Below are positions 30,644-40,740 of a DNA stretch of 64,000 nt, piece by piece. The number at the start of each line of letters is the position of its first letter. The stretch's first letter is position 1. Source of the DNA: Nitrospirales bacterium (GTDB lineage Bacteria; Nitrospirota; Nitrospiria; Nitrospirales; UBA8639). The stretch covers positions 352,001-416,000 of the forward strand of contig OY729426.1 in the NCBI GenBank assembly GCA_963422365.1. Reading direction: 5' to 3'. The notes under the pieces were generated by a model. It did not search any database and was not told the origin of the DNA. It saw only the letters and a program-made list of their open reading frames with translations. Both the position numbers and the translations under genes were made by a program.

Positions 30644-31951
30644 TCACCCAACGGCAACCGCCGGTTTCTGGGCAGCAGGATTAAAAGGGCAGACCTGTTT
30701 CACGACGTGTTCCTCAAATTCGTGCCGGAACAGACGAAGACTGTTTTGGACTAAGACGGCCGCCCCCGTCACTAACGTGCAATATCCCGTGCCTTTGACA
30801 AACCCGCAAATTTGCAAAAGTTTGTTCAGATCTTCCGGTGTCCCGGTTCCATCCTCGATCTTCGCAACGAGCTCTTCAAGATGTTCCGTTCCAATCCGGC
30901 AGGGGGGACATTGCCCGCAACTTTCTTCTCGAAAAAACGTCGAGAGCTTGAGCGTTTGCGCCACCATGCAGGTCGCATCATCAACGACAATCACCCCTGC
31001 CGACCCCAGCCCGGTCCCGGCCTTTTTCAAGGAATCAAAATCCATCTGAAGATCAAGATCTTCTGGCCCCACCATTGAAAAGGATGGCCCCCCTGGAAAG
31101 ATCGCTTTGATCGTCCGGCCATGAGAAAGGCCTCCCCCACATTCTTCGATTAAATGACGAAGAGGCGTGCCCAAGGGAAGTTCATAGACTCCTGGATGAT
31201 TCACAGCCCCGCTCAACGAAAACAACATCGTTCCCGGGCTTTTTTCTACTCCCACTGCCGTAAACCATTGAGCCCCTTTGCGAATCAGGTGTGGGACGTG
31301 GGACAGAGTTTCGACGTTATTCACCAACGTCGGTTTTCCATGGAGTCCGAAATCAGTTGGGTAAAACGGTGGCTTTTCCTTTGGTTGAGCAGGGCGGCCT
31401 TGCATGGACTCCAACATCGCGGTCTCTTCTCCGGCAACATAACTTCCATGACCTTCGAAAATATCTAGTTCAAGGTCAACACCGGAACCCATCACGTGTT
31501 GACCCAGAAACCCGCTCGTACGGGCTTGTTCCAAGGCCTTCTCGAGACTCGCCCGTGCTTCCAGAAATTCGGCATTCAAGTAAATGTACGCTTCCCGAGC
31601 GCCTATGGTGAAAGCCGCGATCAAACACCCCTCAATCAATTGATGCGGATGGTGTTGGATCAGATAACGATCCTTAAAGGTGCCTGGCTCGTGCTCGCCA
31701 GCGTTGCAGACAAAATATCTCTCTTTCACCCAATGGTGCACTACTTTTTCCCACTTCAAGCCCGTCGGGAATCCGGCTCCGCCCCGACCCCGGAGCAACG
31801 CTCGCTTCAACTCCTCAATAACCTGGTCGGGATTGGAGTCTCGAACCACCTGCTGCCAAGCCTCATACCCGCCACCTTTGATGTAGCCGTCAATATCCCA
31901 AGGCTCACCATCGAGTGGAGTCAGTACCCGAAGTGGGAACTCTTCTTTCAT
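30644..31951 (-). CDS. Stand-alone NuoF-like FMN/[4Fe-4S] NAD(P)H-binding subunit
   Basis: GRGGAGFPTGLKW, EPGTFKDR, GEETAM, NNVET and ESCGQCPPC...C motifs. Confidence 0.9.
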   Translation of the reverse strand: MKEEFPLRVLTPLDGEPWDIDGYIKGGGYEAWQQVVRDSNPDQVIEELKRALLRGRGGAGFPTGLKWEKVVHHWVKERYFVCNAGEHEPGTFKDRYLIQHHPHQLIEGCLIAAFTIGAREAYIYLNAEFLEARASLEKALEQARTSGFLGQHVMGSGVDLELDIFEGHGSYVAGEETAMLESMQGRPAQPKEKPPFYPTDFGLHGKPTLVNNVETLSHVPHLIRKGAQWFTAVGVEKSPGTMLFSLSGAVNHPGVYELPLGTPLRHLIEECGGGLSHGRTIKAIFPGGPSFSMVGPEDLDLQMDFDSLKKAGTGLGSAGVIVVDDATCMVAQTLKLSTFFREESCGQCPPCRIGTEHLEELVAKIEDGTGTPEDLNKLLQICGFVKGTGYCTLVTGAAVLVQNSLRLFRHEFEEHVVKQVCPFNPAAQKPAVAVG

Positions 31952-32305
31952 AAAAATGCCGCAATCCTGGATGAAATCCTCATTCGTCGTGCTCAAATTC
32001 GTGGAGCCGACTATACGAGGCTCTGCCTAATCTCGTCAAGCCTCTCCCTGACACACAGACCCAAAAACCCTTTGAACGTCAATGAGTTAGACTCTATCAA
32101 ACTGATTCGCAAACAGAAGGAAGCCTTGAAGAAGCCCCATGCTTTCCATGTCGAGGAGACCATCGTCAGCTCTTTATCCGATTGAAAGATTGTAAATGGA
32201 ATGATGAGTGAGTACACTCTCATCCTGCTATCGTGGAGAACTCGTTTGCCAGAAACTCTCCAACTTCACCAGGAACTCTCGAACTTCGATTGAGGAGGAA
32301 CGCTT

Positions 32306-32803
32306 GTGGCTTCAGCAAAGGATAAACCCTTAGTCGGCATTATTATGGGCAGTAAAAGCGACTGGGAGGTCATGCGGCTGGCCAGTGAGACGCTGACTCA
32401 GCTTGGCATTGCCAATGAATGCCGTGTGATTTCCGCTCATCGGGCACCTGATGCCCTATTCGAATACGTGAGCCAAGCCGAGTCACGAGGGCTTCGTGTC
32501 ATGATCGCGGGAGCCGGAGGGGCGGCTCATTTACCAGGAGTGATTGCGGCCAAGACGACCTTGCCGGTTCTCGGCGTGCCCATGCAATCCAAGGCGTTAC
32601 AAGGCCTCGATTCCCTACTCTCCATCGTCCAAATGCCCAAAGGCATTCCCGTCGCCACACTGGCCATTGGTGAAGCGGGCTCGGTGAATGCCGCCTTATT
32701 TGCGGCAGCCATTCTGGCTCTCTCAGACTCAGCAGTCAAAAAAAGGTTGGAAGACTACCGCCGGAAACAAACGAAAAAGGTGTTGGCGGAAAAATTACTG
32801 TAG
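32306..32803 (+). CDS. purE: N5-CAIR mutase
   Basis: [20 protein letters not shown] and [11 protein letters not shown] motifs. Confidence 0.95.
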   Translation: MASAKDKPLVGIIMGSKSDWEVMRLASETLTQLGIANECRVISAHRAPDALFEYVSQAESRGLRVMIAGAGGAAHLPGVIAAKTTLPVLGVPMQSKALQGLDSLLSIVQMPKGIPVATLAIGEAGSVNAALFAAAILALSDSAVKKRLEDYRRKQTKKVLAEKLL

Positions 32804-32836
32804 CGGATGGTTTGAGTAGAGTGCCAGACCTTAATG

Positions 32837-33428
32837 ATGAACCGAGAAAATCTTGAGGAATTGCATTACGTCACTCCTATCGGAAATCTTGCTTCAAGCT
32901 TAGAACACGGACTGTTGTCGCATAACAGGGCTGCACCGTTTTAACATGAAACGGTTGCCATGCCAGAAATCCAAAATTTAAGGAAAAACAAGATCGTTCC
33001 TAGAGGCAAACCTCTTCACGATTACGTGAACACATACATCTGCGCAAGAAATCCCATGTTGTAAGCGTCGGCCATCTCATTCGCATCTGTGCGTACTTCG
33101 TGTAAGTCCAACAGTTCTCGATATATCAGGAACTATCATTACAGACCGAAATACGGCCAGCGAATATGCTCGTTTCGGTTCGGCCCCTGATCGACTAAGT
33201 ATCGTGGATCAGGACTTGGTCCTTGCGGATGACTGGACGAACCCCTACGACCAAAGAGAAGAATGGCGATCCAAATCCATTCAGTGCGCTGAAGTCCTTG
33301 TTCCGGATCGAATTAGACCAGGTTACATTTTAGGTGCCTATGTGTCTGAAGCTAAACCATTACAGCAGATCCAAACGATTGCTCCATCAATTTCAGTGCA
33401 GGCCAACAGCCATCTCTTCTTTCGGTAG
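32837..33428 (+). pseudogene. darT: DarT (DUF4433) DNA ADP-ribosyltransferase toxin, disrupted
   Basis: LHYVTPIGNL..GLLSH, LHDYV..Y..ARNPML, TDRN and CAEVLV motifs. Nonsense codon at 32942; stop and frameshift near 33062. Confidence 0.85.
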
Positions 33429-33443
33429 AGACTATTTATTCCT

Positions 33444-34583
33444 ATGGAGAGACTCAACTTAAAAATACACGTGGGGAATTTTTTCGATTCCCAAGCACAA
33501 ACCCTCGTTAACACAATCAATTGTGTCGGTGTGATGGGTGCAGGTATTGCCCTTGAATGTAAGAAACGGTTTCCTGAGATGTGCGAGGACTACATCGAGC
33601 GGTGCATCCGAGGTGAATTGAAGCTGGGAAAGCCTTACTTCTATCGACGATTGTTCCCTCCTTCAATTTTAAACTGTCCCACCAAAGACCACTGGCGCTC
33701 GGTTTCTCGGTTGGACGATATTGTGAAAGGGTTGAAGTACCTGGAAAAGCACTACAAAGAGTGGGGAATCACCTCCTTGGCGATTCCACCATTAGGTTGT
33801 GGGCAAGGACAACTCGAATGGCGAGTCGTGAGTCCAACACTCTATCGCTATTTAAGCCGGCTGAACGCTCCCATTGAATTATATGCGACCTATGAAACAC
33901 CTGCCAGTGAATTGGAAGAGCATTTTCTCGCTCAACCAGTCACGGGGGACTCTGTTGACCGCTTAACCTTAGAACCATCAACAATAAATCCGGGATGGGT
34001 GGCTCTCGTGGAAATATTAGCCCGGATTGAGCGGGAACCTTTTCACTGGCCAGTTAGACGAACAATGTTCCAAAAGATTGCCTATTTTGCGACAGCAAAA
34101 GGAATCCCTACTGGGCTTAGGTATGGTCGGGGTAGCTTCGGTCCTTTTGCAGGGGAACTCAAATCCTTAACGACACGTCTAGTCAATCATGGACTGATTC
34201 AGGAAGAACCTTTGGGACGCATGGTTTCTGTCAAACCTGGCCCAACCTACCAGGACGCAGCCCAAGCCTATCCAACACAACTCCGACAATGGGAAGAGCT
34301 CATTGAGCGAATCACGGATCTGTTTTTGCGGATGCAAACGAAGCAGGCCGAAGTGGCGGCAACGGGGTACTTTGCAACTCACGAGTTACTGAAGGATGGG
34401 AACCCCAAACCCACTGAACTCGATGTATTGGAAGCTGTGAAACAGTGGAAGCAAAAACGGCATCCTCCTCTGAAAGAAGAAGACATTGCCGTGGCCATCA
34501 GAAATCTGAATCTCCTTGGATGGCTGGATCTTACCCCAAGTCAGCAGCTTCCGTTTCCCGAAAGAGAAATGGTCGATGCCTGA
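33444..34583 (+). CDS. darG: DarG macrodomain antitoxin
   Basis: [23 protein letters not shown] and [14 protein letters not shown] motifs, plus C-terminal QKIAYF..GSFGPF; directly downstream of darT. Confidence 0.88.
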   Translation: MERLNLKIHVGNFFDSQAQTLVNTINCVGVMGAGIALECKKRFPEMCEDYIERCIRGELKLGKPYFYRRLFPPSILNCPTKDHWRSVSRLDDIVKGLKYLEKHYKEWGITSLAIPPLGCGQGQLEWRVVSPTLYRYLSRLNAPIELYATYETPASELEEHFLAQPVTGDSVDRLTLEPSTINPGWVALVEILARIEREPFHWPVRRTMFQKIAYFATAKGIPTGLRYGRGSFGPFAGELKSLTTRLVNHGLIQEEPLGRMVSVKPGPTYQDAAQAYPTQLRQWEELIERITDLFLRMQTKQAEVAATGYFATHELLKDGNPKPTELDVLEAVKQWKQKRHPPLKEEDIAVAIRNLNLLGWLDLTPSQQLPFPEREMVDA

Positions 34584-34698
34584 ATCACACACAAAACTCA
34601 TCAAGGTGGCGTTGCCGCTGGAGGCGATCAACGCAGCCAGCGATCAAGAGAAGTCCGCCCGGCATGGCATCAATCACTCGACGCTGCACTTGTGGTAG
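34576..34698 (+). pseudogene. N-terminal stub of a DUF1156 family DNA methyltransferase
   Basis: [28 protein letters not shown], truncated where WARRP would normally follow. Confidence 0.75.
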
Positions 34699-34712
34699 AC
34701 AGGTGTAGAGGG

Positions 34713-35654
34713 TTACGCGCCAAGAGTGTGATCAACCTCTTCACATAATTCCCTGACCCCCCGGGCCGAAAGATCGAACGCGGCGCGTTCCTCGGGCGTC
34801 AGGTCATATTCGAGAATTGCTTCGACGCCGTTCTTCCCCAATCGAACCGGCACCCCCATATACGTCCCTTTTAATCCGTACTCGCCTTCACACAGCGCCG
34901 CACAAGGAAACACTTTGTGTTCATCCCGAATAATGGCTTCCACCATGTCGACCACAGACGCTGCTGGGGCGTAGTAAGCACTCCCCGTCTTGAGGAGATT
35001 GACGATTTCTGCCCCGCCATCGCGTGTTCGCTTCACGAGGGCATCGAGCTTCTCTTGCGACATCCATTGATCCACGGGCCGACCCCCAACCGTCGTATAT
35101 CGAATCAGGGGCACCATCGCATCCCCGTGCCCCCCCAGCACCATGGCATGAACATTGTGAACCGAGACGTTCAACTCCTGGGCAATAAACGTACTGAACC
35201 GAGCAGAGTCCAACACCCCAGCCATTCCTATAACTCGCTGCTTTGGAAATCCGCTCACGCGATAGGCGACATACGTCATGGCGTCCAACGGGTTAGCCAC
35301 GATGACCAGGACAGCCGCGGGCGACCGCGTGATGACTTCTTGCACAACGGATCGAACGATGTTCGTATTGGTCTCCAGTAATTCTGATCTGCTCATGCCT
35401 GGCTTCCGTGCAATCCCGGACGTAATCACCACTACGGCGGAATTCGTTGTGTCGTCATAACAATTCGTCCCAATGATCTGAGGGTCATATCCGCACACCG
35501 CTCCTGCTTGCGCTAAGTCCAAGGCCTTGCCCTGCGGGAGACCTTCCACAATATCCACCAAGACGATGTCGCACCCATTCTTTTCGGCCAGTCTCTGCGC
35601 AACGGAGCCTCCAACGTTTCCTGCCCCGACGATGGTAATTTTCTGTCGACTCAT
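34713..35654 (-). CDS. mdh: Malate dehydrogenase (LDH-like)
   Basis: GAGNVG, RKPGMSR, NPLD, LDSAR, GGHGD and GSAYYAP motifs. Confidence 0.95.
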   Translation of the reverse strand: MSRQKITIVGAGNVGGSVAQRLAEKNGCDIVLVDIVEGLPQGKALDLAQAGAVCGYDPQIIGTNCYDDTTNSAVVVITSGIARKPGMSRSELLETNTNIVRSVVQEVITRSPAAVLVIVANPLDAMTYVAYRVSGFPKQRVIGMAGVLDSARFSTFIAQELNVSVHNVHAMVLGGHGDAMVPLIRYTTVGGRPVDQWMSQEKLDALVKRTRDGGAEIVNLLKTGSAYYAPAASVVDMVEAIIRDEHKVFPCAALCEGEYGLKGTYMGVPVRLGKNGVEAILEYDLTPEERAAFDLSARGVRELCEEVDHTLGA

Positions 35655-35745
35655 GATTCACCTGACATTAGATTGTTGTTCAACTCGTATACGAACCATA
35701 AACGCGAAGACACCTTAAGAAGACTGCCGGCGGGCGTTCCGGACC

Positions 35746-36156
35746 CTAGTCATCGTCATGACTGCTCCATCCGCCGACTTTGAAATTGATGGTGCAGACA
35801 AAATTTTCTCCATAATAAAAATTCACTTTAATTTTTTTTCTTCCATATTCTCGGGCAAGGAACTCCTCTGGTGTATCGACCAATTCTTGATAGCCCCCTG
35901 GTGGATAGGACCCTAATTCCGTAAAACCCACAATCATCCCCTGTTTCACTTCCTGCAAAATTCGGGCAGATGATCGAGGATAGACTTCCCAGAATTTGGC
36001 ATCAATTTCCTCAAGAGACGGCTCAGAACTCGACTCGCCACGCTTCCGATCTTTTTTCTCAAATTTGGCCAAGCGACGGACATACGGATACTGATGCCCG
36101 GTAAACAGCTTATACAGCCATGGAGGGACCGTTCGTTGTTGGGATTCATCGACCAT
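35746..36156 (-). CDS. Hypothetical protein
   Basis: Clean ORF preceded by a GAGG RBS; no family recognised. Confidence 0.7.
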   Translation of the reverse strand: MVDESQQRTVPPWLYKLFTGHQYPYVRRLAKFEKKDRKRGESSSEPSLEEIDAKFWEVYPRSSARILQEVKQGMIVGFTELGSYPPGGYQELVDTPEEFLAREYGRKKIKVNFYYGENFVCTINFKVGGWSSHDDD

Positions 36157-36265
36157 CACGTTACCTCATCCGTGGCCCCGTGTAAATATTCACTCATTCG
36201 TTGACCATTCCCCACGTCTCCGCTTGTCATCTCCGACATTCAGCAATCGGGAATTCAGTGCCTGT

Positions 36266-36400
36266 GTAGGGCGCCATCCCAGGTCACCTGTCTGCGTGCA
36301 GACACGCACAGGCAGGCGGCCCAGGACATGCCTTCTGCCGCCAACGCAATGCGCCATGAGCCGGCCCTCGACGTTTGGAACCTGGTGATGGCGCCGCTAC
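36266..36400. repeat. Expanded GTAG REP doublet with an inserted CCTG(T/C)CTG...CAGGCAGG palindrome
   Basis: GTAGggcgccatc ... cctgtctgcgtgcagacacgcacaggcagg ... gatggcgccgCTAC. Confidence 0.65.
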
Positions 36401-36443
36401 AAAAGAATGAAAAGGAATATGCACAGGAGAGACGAACAACGAC

Positions 36444-39400
36444 TCACGTGCGTCCTGTCAATCGTTGATACACCCGGGGTAACCGTTCAGGCAAGGTCAG
36501 GACATCATCCAGGACAAGGTATTGAATGTCTCCATACATGCGTTTGAGATAGTCGCTCGCCTGTTGGTCAATGGTGAAACAAAATGGACTGATCCCCTGC
36601 TGCCGCACCTCTCGAAGCGCCATGCGGGTATCCTCCAAGGCATATTCCTCTCCATAGTCTCCGTCAAGGGGTCGCCCATCACTCAACAGAATGAGCAACC
36701 GGTGCCGGGCCGGGCAGCGCAGCAGCTTTTGTACGGTATGTCGAATCGCAGCCCCATCACGATTTTGCTGAAGCGGCGTCATGGCCGCAATGCGCTGCCC
36801 GATTTGATAGCGCTGGGTGTCGCTAAAGTCCTTCAACACCATAAAATCAACTTGATGTCGCCCTTGGCCGGAAAACCCATATAACGCATATTGATCCCCA
36901 ATGGCCTCTAGGGCCTCGGTGAGCAAGACCAAGCCTTCCTTCGCCACGTCGATCACGCGACGTTGTCCCGTTTCCAATTGCCGGCCCGTTGAGCCACTCA
37001 TATCAACCAAAAACGCCACGGCAACTTGGCGTTCACGTGTATCCCGCCGATCATAGATTCGGTCGGAGGGTTCCACTCCTGCCCGCCGTTCCGCCACGTA
37101 ACGAATCGCCGCATCCAAATCCAAGTGTTCGCCATGGTCATAGCCATGGACTCGCCGCATGGCCGTCGGCCGCATGGTTTCAAAATAGCGACGCAAGACC
37201 CGTATGGCCGGGGCATGTTTTTCCAAGACACGTTGTGCAAAATCTCGACCGCCCTCCTCTCCAGGACGCTCGACCACCCGACACCATTTGAGTCGATAGT
37301 CCTGAATCCCGCCATCCCATTCCGGATAGACATACGCCTGTTCTTGACCGGACGGAACAGGCAAAAGCCCCTCGCCTACACCTTTCACGTGGAGATACTC
37401 GTCAAGGACAGACCGCGGCGAAACTGGCTCGCTGGTGACTTCTTGATGAGCCTCCCGTGTCCGAATCTCTTCAATTCGACGCGTCGGAGAGAGAGAAGGC
37501 CCATCAGCATTTTCTCCATCCGGCCCTGCCGATTCCGATGCAGCCGATTCATCGCCTGACTCAGTCGATCCTCCATGGACGAAATCAGGATTCATTTCAC
37601 CTCGATAGGCCCAATTCGTAATGACTCGATAGCTTCCCGTGGTTTCTTCAGCCGCACGAGGGCCGCCGCCCAAATCCTCCGGCTCAGGCTCGTGAGTCTC
37701 ATCCGCCTCATCTGAAACAATCGCACGCAAGCTGCCGATCATCTCATCCAACACTTGATAGATCCTGTCAGCCAAGTCGATGGAATTCTCATTCGTCGCA
37801 TGAGGGTGACAAATCGTCCGTGCTAAGTCCCAACAGCGATCCACAACGCGCTGAAGATGGTCCGGAATCTGCCCTCCTCCCTGTCCTTGTTGTGTCAACA
37901 GAAGCAGTAGATGATCCAGCACCATCTCTCTAGCCGTCATGCCATGGAGCAAGGAACGAGTCTTCACCGACGCCTGGGACACGGCAACCAAATCATTTCC
38001 AAATCCTGGATATTCTTGCTGCAATAAAAAGTCCACGCGCGCGTCTTCCAGAATGGTCCACAGATCCTGAATCACCCCTTTTTGAGGATAGAGGGAAAAG
38101 AAATCCGTTAAGCAATTGATTTCCGGAACACTCGCATTGAGTTGAGGCCTGAGGCCTTCGTCCCTTTGGAGAGGGAGAAGAGACAGATCCGCTTCCCCAT
38201 CACGGCGTTGATATCGATCCATCACTTGTTGCGCCACGGTCCGAAGGAACGGCATATCGATTCGATACGTTCCAAACTCTAAATGTCCGACCTCATGCGC
38301 AACCATGACCGTATAGCTTCGCACGTTATGGTCTTTCTCCGAAAACTGATTCATGATCGAAGGTAAAGAGACCATGGGGCCTTCAGGTTTCATATCCAGA
38401 CGAACCCGCTGTGCTGAGTCGACCAAGGATTCGATCTGCACCGATTGGCCGCAGATCATGTGGGCAAACAGTTTCAGCGAGCGAGCCACTTGTCGAAGCG
38501 GCACGCCATTGATCGCCCGTTCAATCGAACTCAACGCCTGTGAGGTTTCAAGAGCGAAATACGCGCGAGCCCCCTCTAGGCTATACGCCAGCACTTCCAT
38601 GCCACCACGGAACCATGTTTCAAAGGCCTCATCTTGGCCCTCTGCCCCATCGGAAAGGCAGACCACCTCTGGAGCTCGACGAAAATATTCCATCGTCACA
38701 TCGGCATCTCGTTCGGCAAGCAACACGCCGTATTGGAGTACTTTCATGCGCCGTTCCACCGATGGCAGTATCGCCATGAGCCTCGGCGCTTCGGCCAAAA
38801 AGGTCAGGGCTCTTTCAGGAGACTGATCCGCAAGGGTCGAGCCCACACTCACAACTTTCGCGTGCAAGTCCGCATCAACGATTTCTCCGATCAGGCCGGG
38901 ACTCGTGCGAAAAAATTCAAGAACCCCCACATAATCGGGTTTCCCCAAACTATTTTGTGTGATCAGTTTCATGCCGAAGGCCACCCAAGGACGAACCTCT
39001 TCCAAAGCCAGTCCCTCAGCCACCCTCGGACATTCCCGAATAAACTCAATGCCTAACACGTGATTCCAGTCCGTCAGTTCCTGACCAATCTTTGCCCACT
39101 GGACCAGATCGGTTCGTGAATCGATGAGCAACAATTCCGGAGCCTTTCGGAAAAATTCAAACGCACAGTTGGCCGCAAACTCCGAGTCGTTATCAGCGAT
39201 TTCCAGCGTCGCATCGAGCACCTGTTGACGAAGAACGGCAGAACCCAGGACCCCCAAAAGACGTGGGCTCTCTTTCAGGTATTTCAAGGTCATCGCACCC
39301 GAAAGCCTGGCGAGCGTAATGGCCAAATCCATCCATGAGACGACCAGCTTGGGACCACACCGTTCCAGCATCTCAGGGAGCACTTCTATGACCTGCCCCG

Positions 39401-39560
39401 CGAGTTTCGCCGAACACGCCTGGAGTTCTTTCAATAATTCGGATACAGGGTCGGCCCCACCTGCCTCAAAGAAAGCCGTGGCGACTTTTTGCGCACTGTC
39501 GGCACTCAGCCGAGCCGCGAGTTGCGCCTGGAAAGCCTGTGGAAAGGAAGATCGGTCCAT
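36444..39560 (-). CDS. Large NorD/CbbO-like VWA domain protein
   Basis: YPEWD..YR..WCRV, C-terminal MIDAS (DMSGST, NRDGAAIRH, LSDGRP), AHEVGH and LEDARVD motifs, helical N-terminal repeats. Confidence 0.85.
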   Translation of the reverse strand: MDRSSFPQAFQAQLAARLSADSAQKVATAFFEAGGADPVSELLKELQACSAKLAGQVIEVLPEMLERCGPKLVVSWMDLAITLARLSGAMTLKYLKESPRLLGVLGSAVLRQQVLDATLEIADNDSEFAANCAFEFFRKAPELLLIDSRTDLVQWAKIGQELTDWNHVLGIEFIRECPRVAEGLALEEVRPWVAFGMKLITQNSLGKPDYVGVLEFFRTSPGLIGEIVDADLHAKVVSVGSTLADQSPERALTFLAEAPRLMAILPSVERRMKVLQYGVLLAERDADVTMEYFRRAPEVVCLSDGAEGQDEAFETWFRGGMEVLAYSLEGARAYFALETSQALSSIERAINGVPLRQVARSLKLFAHMICGQSVQIESLVDSAQRVRLDMKPEGPMVSLPSIMNQFSEKDHNVRSYTVMVAHEVGHLEFGTYRIDMPFLRTVAQQVMDRYQRRDGEADLSLLPLQRDEGLRPQLNASVPEINCLTDFFSLYPQKGVIQDLWTILEDARVDFLLQQEYPGFGNDLVAVSQASVKTRSLLHGMTAREMVLDHLLLLLTQQGQGGGQIPDHLQRVVDRCWDLARTICHPHATNENSIDLADRIYQVLDEMIGSLRAIVSDEADETHEPEPEDLGGGPRAAEETTGSYRVITNWAYRGEMNPDFVHGGSTESGDESAASESAGPDGENADGPSLSPTRRIEEIRTREAHQEVTSEPVSPRSVLDEYLHVKGVGEGLLPVPSGQEQAYVYPEWDGGIQDYRLKWCRVVERPGEEGGRDFAQRVLEKHAPAIRVLRRYFETMRPTAMRRVHGYDHGEHLDLDAAIRYVAERRAGVEPSDRIYDRRDTRERQVAVAFLVDMSGSTGRQLETGQRRVIDVAKEGLVLLTEALEAIGDQYALYGFSGQGRHQVDFMVLKDFSDTQRYQIGQRIAAMTPLQQNRDGAAIRHTVQKLLRCPARHRLLILLSDGRPLDGDYGEEYALEDTRMALREVRQQGISPFCFTIDQQASDYLKRMYGDIQYLVLDDVLTLPERLPRVYQRLTGRT

Positions 39561-39660
39561 TGGTCATAAGAGAGAAACGAAAAGTGAGATTATAAAAAAG
39601 CAGCCAAGTCGGTTGCAAATCTTTGCAACGCCTCTCTGCACACAATCTTTCAATAAGCTG

Positions 39661-39941
39661 TCAGATGTTCAAAGTCTCGCAGACTCGCGAGCGATTGATG
39701 CCAACGACCTTGACTCGCTTTTTCCGCTTGGTGTGCCCGGCTAATACGGAGACCAAAGACTTCGATATGAAAAACAATTCGGCAAGGCACGCACAGAAGG
39801 CAGCATTGGCCTCTTCTGCGACGGGAGACGCGGCGATTCGAAATTTCAACGCAGCACCATGGCTCCCACAAATTCTGTTTGGGAAGCCTTAGGTTGAACC
39901 TGAACGGTCAGGACGACGCCATCTCTGATCAGTTCGATCAT
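39661..39941 (-). pseudogene. DUF167 (YggU) family, frameshifted
   Basis: MIELIRDGVVLTVQVQPKASQTEFVG, frameshift, then HGAALKFRIAASPV.EEAN..GHTKRKKRV. Confidence 0.75.
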
Positions 39942-39952
39942 GGTTCCGGTGA

Positions 39953-40256
39953 TTATCCTGCCGTATGGACTTCGGGTTGCCAGCGATGTATTTTGCGAAT
40001 TTTTATCCCCAGTGCGGCCTTGGCCTTGTCCAGCTCATAAGCCTTTTGAAGGTTAAGCTATAGCTCCGGCCCAGTCCCAAAAAACTGACCAAGGCGCAAG
40101 GCGGTATCCGCTGTAATATCACGCTGAACACGAACGATCTGCGAGATACGATTAGGCGGCACGTCGATCTGACATCGATAACTCAGTTGCCGTCGTTTCA
40201 ATTTCTTCCAACTCATCTGAAAGAAACTCGCCGGGATGGAGTGATTCTCTCGCCAT
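39953..40256 (-). pseudogene. higA: HigA-family antitoxin, disrupted
   Basis: LHPGEFL..., VPPNRISQIV..RDITADTALRLGQFFGT.PEL*LNLQ..Y; one frameshift and one nonsense codon. Confidence 0.8.
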
Positions 40257-40294
40257 GATCATCACCGTACCTTTCCGTCTTTCACTTCATTCCC

Positions 40295-40325
40295 CTAGTG
40301 GCAATCGACGATGTCCACATTATGC
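40295..40325 (-). pseudogene. Last residues of a HigB-type toxin
   Basis: HNVDIVDCH* resembles the HigB C-terminal VEIVDYH*, and lies just upstream of higA. Confidence 0.5.
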
Positions 40326-40368
40326 CGATCTCCCAAGCCGGGGATGGAAAATTTCTCATTTTTCTGGC

Positions 40369-40427
40369 TTGACAACCTGCCACCGATTCGACTAGTATTC
40401 ACATACATGATAACGGAAATCAATATC
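40369..40427 (+). promoter_or_regulatory. Sigma70 promoter with downstream Fur-box-like operator
   Basis: TTGACA, 18-bp spacer, TAGTAT. GATAACGGAAATCAATATC at 40409-40427 matches 15/19 of GATAATGATAATCATTATC. Confidence 0.65.
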
Positions 40428-40443
40428 GTATTCGGTGAGTAGC

Positions 40444-40650
40444 ATGTACCTTTGTGTTTGCAAAGGCATTAAAGAATCGGACATCGAGAGCCTCGGCCGC
40501 GCTGGCATGACCTGCCCTAAACAACTCGCGGCCACGCTGGGAATCGACGACGAAGAGAATTGTTGTGGGCGATGCCTCAACCATATTGCAGACTTGGTGG
40601 CGATTGCCTCACGAGAACACAAGCGCTGCGGTACTTCCGTTGAAATATGA
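40444..40650 (+). CDS. bfd: Bfd-like [2Fe-2S]-binding protein
   Basis: MYLCVCKGI...CCGRC pattern, 68 aa, upstream Fur box. Confidence 0.8.
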   Translation: MYLCVCKGIKESDIESLGRAGMTCPKQLAATLGIDDEENCCGRCLNHIADLVAIASREHKRCGTSVEI

Positions 40651-40740
40651 GCCCTTCGCGGCAAGCCTCCTTCTTCGACTCCTTACCCTTGCCGGTTGTT
40701 TTCCTGACTGTTTACACCCGTAAACAGTCACGGGTACAGT

